Shown one piece after another: positions 26,976 through 35,742 of a stretch of 59,162 nucleotides of DNA. A program made the position numbers and the translations under genes. Under the pieces are notes generated by a model. That model was given only the letters and a program-made list of their open reading frames with translations, did no database searches and was not told the origin of the DNA. How positions within the stretch are numbered: position 1 is the stretch's first letter; the number at the start of each line of letters is the position of its first letter. This stretch comes from Perkinsus olseni (taxonomy: Eukaryota), in the NCBI GenBank assembly GCA_013115125.1, contig JABANN010000026.1, positions 62,001-121,162 of the forward strand, in the 5' to 3' direction.

Positions 26976-28494
26976 GGCCGGCAGGAGTCAAGGCACAAGA
27001 TAACTGCACAAGAGGACAGCTCCGATACTTCCTGATGCTCAGTACTACTGCATTGATCCCCAACTACAACACAACAGTGCAAAAACTCGAGAAATGCATC
27101 CACTATTCGTGACGAATGAAGCAAGTCCAACCCGTTTCCGACAAATTCTTGATCAGGTAAAGTTGAAGTCGTTCATGTTGTAGACTTGTAGCGCCTCGCT
27201 CGGATGACGATAGACCAAAACAACTAGGTTCGATCCCGGGACCTTCCACATATCCCGGCACAGCACGTATCACTATGACTAGTCCTGTCGCGCAGTGTTC
27301 CAGAGGTTGGGCTTTCTAGAACTGATACAACAAGAAGAATCGAAAACCAATCCTTCGGAGTAGGTGGTTCGCCGCACACGTGGCAGACTATAAATTACTA
27401 AGCCGAGATATTTCCGGAAGCTTCCTGAGTTAAATAACAACAGCGAAGGCCTTAGAGCAACCCACCAAGAAGATTCGGTATGAGACCGGACAGACAGCTA
27501 GCAGGGTAGGGATCACATAGTACTACAGTTGCAGCTAATAGAGCATAATGGAACAAGAGTTCCTGCAACAAGACCAACAGTTCCCATACCATTACAACTC
27601 GTGCAGTGCTAGTGGTTTCGACCCCATGCAGAAACTACAAGTACAGTTTCACTTCGAACAGTTTCAATCCGTACAGTTTTAGGCAGTACACTTCAAGTCA
27701 GCACTGGCATTTATTCTCATATCCAACCCGATCTTCCGCCATGCCTACACCTCCGACCCGGAGGCTCCGGGAGGCGAAGAACGTGAACCCGGCACTAAAA
27801 CCGTGAACTGAGAATTACATGCAACTGCACGTGAAAAATGCCGAGAAATAGAATACACAGATTCGATCCGGGGACCACTCGGATGTTGGCCAGAGATTTT
27901 ACCACCACACCAGATTTTCCAAGCGCGGCGCGTTGAGCCGATGCTAGGGTAGCTAAGCTACCGTAGCCCCGTCCGTGTGGCGTCTGGCTTTCAATCGGGT
28001 CATTAGCTGCTCTTCATCTTGAGTCGCTATATGGGGAGATAAGTCTACTTGACTTGTAAGTCCCCTCGCTAAACAGTTTGAGTTGAGTTGAGTTGAGCTA
28101 CCGTAGCTTCGACTATCAGGTACAGACCGTACCGCAAGCTCCAACCTAAGTACCTAAGGTCTGCTTTGCGGGCTGCAATTTTCGACGGAGCCGATGGATT
28201 ACCACTCGGCGGAGCACGCCTATAAGGATGGGAGTAGAGACCGATAGTAGCAGGAGCAGACGGAGTGGGACGACTGTCTGAGGCCGAGGAAATGATATTG
28301 GCGTGACCATGGCGATTACCGGGTTCTTGGACGGTCTAGACCACGTCGACTGGCCCGTTTTCCCCGGTACTTCTGTCCAAGACTTGGCCGACTCCATTCT
28401 CGGATCTGCTGGACTCGGAGATTCAGCACTCCCTGGTGAAGCCTTCTCGTATACGATGACACTGCCCTCTAACACTTTGTCTTACGAGGCGCCG

Positions 28495-28539
28495 GATAAC
28501 CTCCGAACAGCCGAGAGAATATCCCTTTTGAGTTCACGT
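28495..28539. repeat. 45-bp exact direct repeat, copy downstream of pol
   Basis: GATAACCTCCGAACAGCCGAGAGAATATCCCTTTTGAGTTCACGT, identical to 34232-34276. Confidence 0.97.
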
Positions 28540-28901
28540 TGAAAGCTTCTAGAGTGAGATGGAGAGTCAAAGTCGCCCAGGTCAATGTTAGAGTCTACCG
28601 ATACATGGCCATCGTCAATGTCCTCATAAGCCGCACTGATGGCCTCCATATTATCTCCAACCGAACTTTCACCACCATAGTCCGACTCAACATCATCAAT
28701 ATCGTAGCCAGAATACATCCTGGAGTAAAAACCGAGAGATAAGACTCTAATAGTCCATACAGAAAGGAAACACTGAAGTACTCACTTTGAATCACTAGAA
28801 TATAGCATAGTAGGGGACAGATGCACACAAATCAGAGTCACACATGAAAGGACTGGGCGAGCGACCATACGCTATCATGCCCCCCAGCGAGGCATAAGTC
28901 A

Positions 28902-31900
28902 TTACACGATGCAACCTTGGGACTCGAACCACTTCCGGTGCTGAAGAGGGACCATACCACGCGCGGTAGGCTTGAATCCGGCTGAGCCGATGACTTGATC
29001 ATAGGAGATATGCTTCACAGCCAGGTGACGCTCACTTCGAGGAGGAAGAACCCAAGTGTTAGTGCGAAGTTTATGATCAAGCCCTTGGATCTCAATAGTT
29101 CTACTGATCTGATCACCTGAGAGGAAACGAGCAGCATAAATCAGTAACACCGGCTCATCGTCAGGAGCCCGAGTGGGATCCAACTCTTTGTAGACCACCC
29201 AGTGAACGTTGGCTTCAAGCTCAGTAAGACGAATGCCATTAGGCAGAGAAGAACTCGCGCTGGTGGAGAAGGAGGTACGCACGGGCTCAGTTGCGAATTC
29301 TAGGGCATCGCGATCCATATCACTATGGTATAGGACCAGCTGGTTCAGAGATACTGGCTTGTCTAATCCCTCTAAATAGAGGATCGTTGGGTTAACTGAG
29401 TCACGCCTGGCGATTGTGAAGGGCCCAGAAAGCGCTCTTTTGCCATCTATGATCTGTGATAGCAATACTTGTTGGCCGGGAAGTAGACCGAGGTTCACAT
29501 CGGACCCAGCAAGGACCTTAACCTCCTCACAGAGGCTCCTCTCGGCCCTGGAGACTAAATAGTTCTCCAGCGTCGTGGACAGGAAGCTGTGGAAACTGAG
29601 CCAGAGCTCCTGAATCTGGTCGGGATCCAATTTCCTATCTGAGGTGGGAGGTGACATAAAGTTAGGAGGTTCCAACGCATGAGATAGTTCCATTGGAGTC
29701 AGACCGAAGCCGCCTTTTATTGGCGAAGTATTATGCACTATTGCGTAACTTAGAGCACTTTGCCACCACGGCAAGGGGCACGGAGCAAGGTTCTTCTCTA
29801 CACGGACGGCTTCCTTGATGTCCCTAATGAGCCTCTCAACTTTCCCTTGGCACTCCGGGCGTCTCGGAATGCCTAGCTTCAGACTTGATGACCAAGCAGA
29901 CACAAAGACCCGGAGAGCTTGGCTGTCATGGGCAGGGCACGCATCAAGTTGGATGGCTTCAGGAACACCGTATGTGCTGAACCATATCGTGAGGGCCCCG
30001 ATGACATCTCGAGCAGATGTTGATGCAGTGGGGACAACGAGACAAATATTAGTGCACTCGCAGATCATCACGCATAGATACTCTGCCCCCCATGGGCTGG
30101 GTTCTGATTCCGAGTCCCTATGGAAGGGACCCGCAAAGTCCAATTGGATGGTTCGGAACCTCTGCTGCCACCTCCTTGAGACTGTCGGTGCATTAGCAAT
30201 GGCGGTGTGGTGTTTAGCCAGTTGACATGTACGACAGGATTTCAGCATTTTTGATATGTATTTGGTCATCCCATCCCACCAGAAGCTCACACCTTTAGGG
30301 GCATGCCTAAGTGAGTGTAGAACCCGCTGTAGGCTCTTGTGGAATGATATGAGAGGGTGGTCGTGGTGGAGGAAAACCGCCCAAGCCCTTGCCCGCTTGG
30401 TTGGTAGATACACTCGCCACCGAACTTCTGACTCACTAGGATCACTTACTATCAGGAGCTCCTCTGCCGAATCCCAGCTTAGATATTGTCCATGAACACC
30501 CCCTGCGCATACTTTGCTGACCCTGTCTGGCACAGAATCCACATAGTCTAAGGCTCTTAGGCAAGAGAGCACTTCGTTCAGGGGAAGGTCGAATATGGAT
30601 TGCTGCTGCGTGAATGTGTGGCATGCGAGAGCCTCGCGCACATGATCAAGGATTTCGGCTTCTGAAAGGTCTCCTATGCCCCCCAAGGAGTCGAATCTTT
30701 GAACGTCTCTTGCATCGGCCTCGGTTACTGGAAGCATGGCGTCATTGCTTACTAAGGTGAAGACAGTGTCATCGTTACTCTCAGCGGCAGCAGCATCGGA
30801 GTGAGATTCTTGCGTTGGGGCTATGGCGGTTCGGGTCAACCCTGTGTATGGGTTGTGCGAGTTTGGACAAACTGTCACATCTCCGTTCGTGTCGGTCACG
30901 ATCATGGTGAGGTCGTCTTTACTGCCATGCCCCGCATTTGCCGTGGCTTTAGCCTTCCCTAGCGGAGAGAGCTGAGGAATAGACTTCAGGGCTCTACTTA
31001 AGAAATCCGCCCTCGTGTTTTCTGATCCTTTGATATGACTTATTTGGACCTCGCAGTTGTGGTCCTCCTTGAGTGTTTCAACGATCGCTCTCATGGACGA
31101 CTGGAGCCGTTGAATCTCAATGGTCTCGATGTTGTGTGCTTTCGGTGGCTTATCCGAAGCCCAAGCAACTGCGCTAGAGTTATCACTGAAGACGCGGACT
31201 TCGGTTATATTCCTCCTAAGGATATTGACCCAATACAGGACCCGCTGGAGGACACGTAGCATTGGTAAACATTCTTTCCTGTTGATGTGCCAGGATCGTT
31301 CGTTGTCCCCGTATTCCTCTGCTGTCTCTTCAAGGACATAGGGGGCTTGGCAGGTCTTGGCGGGTTCCTCAAAGCCCACTAGGTGGACGGAGAAACCGTA
31401 GCCGCTTCCAGAAGCGTCACAGTATGCTTCGATAGATGCGTATTCGGGAGGAGCGTTATAGTGCTTGCAATCGTCGGTCATGTCAGCATTAGACAGATCG
31501 AGGAGGTATTGCAGGATGCCCATCTGTTTGGGGGTCAGGTTCCAGCGTCTATTCCATCCGAATTTTGTATTTCCACCTTCGGATTTTCCGAACCAGCGTC
31601 TTATCCTGTTGGCAACGAGTCTAGCTACAGGATGTAGCTTCATCGGATCATATCTATGACCCGCGATTGCGAAGGCAAGGCGGCGAGTCATAGACTCTTG
31701 GATAGTTAACGCATCGGGTGGTATAGGGACACATTGGATGACAAGTTGGCGGAACTCATTCACCGACCACCACGCGCCGAGGTGACGAACCGGTGCGGCT
31801 GTGGTTGAGAGTTCGTCATGCTTATCCGCTGGAAATTCTCCTCCGACTAATAACGCTGCATGGGAAAGGATCTCGATGAGGAGTCTGCACTTCTCCTCAT

Positions 31901-34394
31901 CCCCGAATATGCAGAGATCATCGTAGAAAATGACGATGGTGACCCCGGGGATAAGGTTGTTTGCCTCGCGAACATCACGCAGTTTGACGTCCTTGCCAAG
32001 GAAAACCGACAGTGATGCGTTCAGCAAGGTCAATATTTGCCCATTAAGGGCTGATGGACCGCAAGAAATTCCAAATATAACCCTATTGGTAAAATAGTTT
32101 TGGCCGTTACATCGAATCCTCAATACCCTATTTCCACCTAATCTCAGCTTATAAAAAGCTTTTTGTAAGTCGACGAAGTGTAGGGCATCTCCTGGAGAGT
32201 AATTCCCCCTGATCGTATCCAGGCATTCCCCGACAGCTTGACCGCAATATGAAGATCGTGGAATTCTCTTGTTCAACTCTCTTGCATCCGAACACAACCT
32301 TATTTTGGTCGACTTGAAGGTGCTTTGGAGTAAGGGAAAGGATACTATTTCATCAGGAAGTACGAGAGCTCTCTCAGCAGGGACCGGCGGGTTAGGGTCG
32401 TTTTCCTTCCACCACCATCCGGGATCGGTCAGTTTCCTCAGTTCCGAGTCGGATATCTCCAGTTGGTCTGTGGATAGTTTGTCGAACATACTAATGCTGT
32501 AGTCGAAGGACTGATTCTTTCCTGTCGATATTGAGTCCATGTCCCAGTGTACTTCGTAAGTCCATCTCTGTTGAGCCGTGTCTCTCAATTCCGCACTCTC
32601 TAGAGTGCGGAGAGTACCCAGGAACTTTTTCCCGCCTGGGAGAGAATGGTACACGCCGACTTGTTCTGCGAGCTTTTGCTCTACAGCGGACCTCAGGACA
32701 TCTGAGTTTGCAAGTCTGAGGTCTACTATGTCAGGTTCATTGGTAGGGAGTTGTATGGTTATTCCGTAGTTCCGCAGATCTGAGTAACCGATGTTCACAT
32801 CCAGTCCTGCAGGAAGGCTGGCAACCCCTTCAGGCAGGATCCAACATTCCTGTTGGACTTCATAGCCACGGAAAAGGATACAAAGACTGGTTGTCCTTTC
32901 AAGGCGGGTTGACGAGGCAAGCCCGCTCACCTGGCGTGGCCGCGAGTGCGTGGTGCTCTCGATATGATCTATTCCGAGTTTGAGTGCTATGTTCTTGAGA
33001 GTGGACTCATTGACTATTGACAGCGATGCCATTGAGTCAAAGCCACATTTGATGGGAATCTTTCTACCACCTCTGAAACTCACTATTGCGGTTCCGACAA
33101 GGAGGTCGTACCCTTTGTCACTTACTGAGGCAACGCAACCATTCTTTGAGTAAGCAGAGAAATGACTAGAGAAACTCTTACAAGACTTAAAGTGATGTGA
33201 ACTATCACCACACAGAATACACTGTTTGCGATTCATTCTGTGCATAAGATCAACCATGTTAACATTATGGTGTTCAGCAACCTTCCGAATATAGGAGGGT
33301 GGATTGAAACCCCGCGGCGCCCTGACGGTCTCATCAATTTCCTTCCTTGGTACAATACGTACCTGGGAGTCTGCTGTTGAAGATGAAGGCTCTTTATCAT
33401 TTCCCTCCAAAGGGTTGGATGTATCCTCCTTGCGGAACTTGCTGCTGCGGGAACCTGACTCTGGTCCTTCACGAGAGCGCTTCATATTCAGAAACATCTC
33501 CAGTGAAGTATATTTGGCCTCATAGGCCGCATCAGAGAGTATCCGTACAACGTCCTCAGGAGATTTAGCATCACGAACTTTCCTCATCACTAGCAGAAGG
33601 GATTCACGCTGGTATCTCCAGCGTTTACTCGATGCAATCAACTCAATGAGTAGAAGCCTCCTGAAAGGCCACTTCAGATCTATACCTTCCTCATGATCCT
33701 TGATAGCATCAACAATCTCGCGCTCACGGGCAAACAGTTTGTTCCATGGTTGGAACTCAGATTTACTTGGCAGGCCAACATACTCTCTCATCAGAAGGAC
33801 CGGGTTGTACTTTTGGGGCTGTTCAACAGAACTTAGAGCAGTCAAGTCCTTCTTTGCTTGTTCAACCATAGTTCTGCAGCCCTTAGTGAAACGTAGGAAG
33901 ATCGCCGCCATATCCTCCGCTGTGGTGGTCTCCTTGATAGACTTCCAAGCAGTGAGGCATGGGCTCTTACCACCCTCACGCGAGTTAGCATGACGTTGCG
34001 CACCATTAGCAATCTGGTCAGCGATGGTACGTGGGGCCAATAACGTTATCGCTAAGAGTATCAGCGGCGCTGGATCCATCGGACTACTCGAAACTGACTG
34101 GTAGAGCTTCTCCATAATGAACTTGTAGTTCCACGTCTTTGCAGACCCACGTGTAACCATAGGGAATGGGTAAGCATCCGGATGGGGAACAACATCCCAC
34201 GATCTAGCCCAGGCGAATAACCTGGGCAGTTGATAACCTCCGAACAGCCGAGAGAATATCCCTTTTGAGTTCACGTGCTGAATTATCCGACCATTCGAAG
34301 CTCGACGACTGGTCCGACTCGCTGGAGAGTTTCCGCACCAGCCTGGCTGATTCAATACTCGACTTAGCAGGAGTTGATTACCCTTTCGTACCAC
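28902..34394 (-). CDS. Gag-protease-RT-RNase H-integrase polyprotein (first ATG at 34160)
   Basis: CILCGDSSHHFKSC zinc knuckle; FDSMAS protease; VDLQKAF, RVIFG and FYDD RT; CDASG, HINRKE, FSDN and NTRADFLSR RNase H; H..H/CRTC, LDFAG, QLD, GKVER and GPF integrase. Confidence 0.95.
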   Translation of the reverse strand: MVRKGNQLLLSRVLNQPGWCGNSPASRTSRRASNGRIIQHVNSKGIFSRLFGGYQLPRLFAWARSWDVVPHPDAYPFPMVTRGSAKTWNYKFIMEKLYQSVSSSPMDPAPLILLAITLLAPRTIADQIANGAQRHANSREGGKSPCLTAWKSIKETTTAEDMAAIFLRFTKGCRTMVEQAKKDLTALSSVEQPQKYNPVLLMREYVGLPSKSEFQPWNKLFAREREIVDAIKDHEEGIDLKWPFRRLLLIELIASSKRWRYQRESLLLVMRKVRDAKSPEDVVRILSDAAYEAKYTSLEMFLNMKRSREGPESGSRSSKFRKEDTSNPLEGNDKEPSSSTADSQVRIVPRKEIDETVRAPRGFNPPSYIRKVAEHHNVNMVDLMHRMNRKQCILCGDSSHHFKSCKSFSSHFSAYSKNGCVASVSDKGYDLLVGTAIVSFRGGRKIPIKCGFDSMASLSIVNESTLKNIALKLGIDHIESTTHSRPRQVSGLASSTRLERTTSLCILFRGYEVQQECWILPEGVASLPAGLDVNIGYSDLRNYGITIQLPTNEPDIVDLRLANSDVLRSAVEQKLAEQVGVYHSLPGGKKFLGTLRTLESAELRDTAQQRWTYEVHWDMDSISTGKNQSFDYSISMFDKLSTDQLEISDSELRKLTDPGWWWKENDPNPPVPAERALVLPDEIVSFPLLQSTFKSTKIRLCSDARELNKRIPRSSYCGQAVGECLDTIRGNYSPGDALHFVDLQKAFYKLRLGGNRVLRIRCNGQNYFTNRVIFGISCGPSALNGQILTLLNASLSVFLGKDVKLRDVREANNLIPGVTIVIFYDDLCIFGDEEKCRLLIEILSHAALLVGGEFPADKHDELSTTAAPVRHLGAWWSVNEFRQLVIQCVPIPPDALTIQESMTRRLAFAIAGHRYDPMKLHPVARLVANRIRRWFGKSEGGNTKFGWNRRWNLTPKQMGILQYLLDLSNADMTDDCKHYNAPPEYASIEAYCDASGSGYGFSVHLVGFEEPAKTCQAPYVLEETAEEYGDNERSWHINRKECLPMLRVLQRVLYWVNILRRNITEVRVFSDNSSAVAWASDKPPKAHNIETIEIQRLQSSMRAIVETLKEDHNCEVQISHIKGSENTRADFLSRALKSIPQLSPLGKAKATANAGHGSKDDLTMIVTDTNGDVTVCPNSHNPYTGLTRTAIAPTQESHSDAAAAESNDDTVFTLVSNDAMLPVTEADARDVQRFDSLGGIGDLSEAEILDHVREALACHTFTQQQSIFDLPLNEVLSCLRALDYVDSVPDRVSKVCAGGVHGQYLSWDSAEELLIVSDPSESEVRWRVYLPTKRARAWAVFLHHDHPLISFHKSLQRVLHSLRHAPKGVSFWWDGMTKYISKMLKSCRTCQLAKHHTAIANAPTVSRRWQQRFRTIQLDFAGPFHRDSESEPSPWGAEYLCVMICECTNICLVVPTASTSARDVIGALTIWFSTYGVPEAIQLDACPAHDSQALRVFVSAWSSSLKLGIPRRPECQGKVERLIRDIKEAVRVEKNLAPCPLPWWQSALSYAIVHNTSPIKGGFGLTPMELSHALEPPNFMSPPTSDRKLDPDQIQELWLSFHSFLSTTLENYLVSRAERSLCEEVKVLAGSDVNLGLLPGQQVLLSQIIDGKRALSGPFTIARRDSVNPTILYLEGLDKPVSLNQLVLYHSDMDRDALEFATEPVRTSFSTSASSSLPNGIRLTELEANVHWVVYKELDPTRAPDDEPVLLIYAARFLSGDQISRTIEIQGLDHKLRTNTWVLPPRSERHLAVKHISYDQVIGSAGFKPTARGMVPLQHRKWFESQGCIV
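34232..34276. repeat. 45-bp exact direct repeat, copy upstream of the first gag ATG
   Basis: Identical to 28495-28539. Confidence 0.97.
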
Positions 34395-35161
34395 TCCTCA
34401 AACCAACTCAACTTTGTTACAAAATCTTTGTATCATCACTCCCCCACATGGTGATATATAAAGTGCGAGCGGGTTGTGGCCCACAACCCACAACTTGTGG
34501 GTTACTTGTTAACTGCCGAGCCCTACGAACTTGTGTGGTTCTTTTTTCTTCTTCTTTATCATTTTTGTCTACCGTCAGGGGCTCGTCATCAGCGCCTATC
34601 GCTATCACAGTCGCAGAAGCAGTAGAAGGACGGCATGGGAATGGGGAGGAGGCAGCAGCAGTGGACGCGGAGGACGGTGTGACCGAATAGAGGTAAACCC
34701 CCTCACAAAATAATAGAACATGCAGTACTTTTTGATTTTTCTGTTATAACTGTGACTCAGGTTGTGAGATTTCGTGAGTGAGGGTATCACTTATGTAGAA
34801 ACAAAAATATATCAGAGTCATTTCAATATTCGCTCGCCCTAGTAAAATTTCTGAAACGGTCAATTTTTCCGCGCTTCCAAAAAAAATAGAACACCATCTC
34901 GTAGTCTGAGACTCAGACGGATCCGTAATGATCACAGAGTGACTATTCGCATATGTCTCGCGCTAAAGCTATTACTCCGCATACACTGGGACTCATCCGT
35001 ATCATGGGAAGCACTCGCCTACCGAATGGCGAGGCTCAATAAATTCCTCCATTGCCTTAAGTCTTCCTGGCAATCATTGTGAGATTGCCAGCTGCCACGA
35101 GGTATCCAGGCATCTGGCAATTACGAGGAGCGCAATTGAGCACTCTCGTCGGTTGCTTCCT

Positions 35162-35198
35162 ACTTATCGATGATAGGAACTTCCTATCATCGATAAGT
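35162..35198. repeat. Perfect 37-bp palindrome (18-bp arms, 1-nt centre)
   Basis: ACTTATCGATGATAGGAA-C-TTCCTATCATCGATAAGT. Confidence 0.95.
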
Positions 35199-35632
35199 TT
35201 CTTTGTGAGGAATCACTGAGGATCTATCGCAGGGGGACGAGTCGTTATGTCTTCATGTTTATGCGATTACGGTATATGGATACTGACTCCGTCCTTTGTG
35301 TTACGCTGAGCCAGAGATTGTGAGGTTTGTAATCATAAAAGTGAATAGCAAGACGAGGTCTATCATCTCCACTACTAGTTCGAGCTCACCAATCATGGGG
35401 CCACAACAGTATGAACATGCACACATATGCGTGACGCACGGTGCGTCGAGCAACTCCTTCCTCTTACACTTGCTTAAACTCAACGATTTGAGACCTCCAC
35501 TGATTCAGTGGCACTGAACAACCGAGAATGCTGTGATGACTCATCACTGATGAGAAAAGTCCCTCTGCAAGGGACATACACGCTGGACATATAAGGGACA
35601 GGTGTCAAAATGTAAAGCTTTTTGTTAACAAC

Positions 35633-35717
35633 TCTGGGGTTTTAAGAGGTAAGAATTCCTGCGGCAGGAATCCTGCCTGGCACGCAGGAGACCCGGGTCC
35701 AATTCCCGGACGTAGAA
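35633..35717 (+). pseudogene. Degenerate tRNA-Asp-like pseudogene
   Basis: ...GGTAAGAAT[TCCTGC...]CCTGC-CTGGCAC-GCAGG-AGAC-CCGGG-TCCAATT-CCCGG-ACGTAGAA. Loop CTGGCAC is one change from CTGTCAC. The acceptor and D arms are decayed and there is a 14-nt insertion. Confidence 0.65.
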
Positions 35718-35742
35718 TGGTCTGAGCTAGTCTCTGAACCTG

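Larger units (their letters stand above)
28494..34438 (-). mobile_element. LTR-class retrotransposon (BEL/Pao-like RT-RH), boundaries inferred
   Basis: Contains an intact polyprotein. G-run+TGAT starts at 34438 and 28877; the shared 45-bp end finishes TTATCA (34231) and TTATCC (28494). No TSD found. Confidence 0.7.

Noticed and set aside
27960-27968. ACCGTAGCC resembling the start of the dinoflagellate/Perkinsus spliced leader
   Set aside because: Only 9 nt match; the rest (...TGGCTCAAG) is absent.
28078-28098. (GAGTT)4 run
   Set aside because: Short microsatellite with no matching partner that defines an element end.
34265-34690. 141-aa plus-strand ORF antisense to the retroelement 5' region
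   Set aside because: No ATG start or motif, and it crosses low-complexity and footprint sequence.
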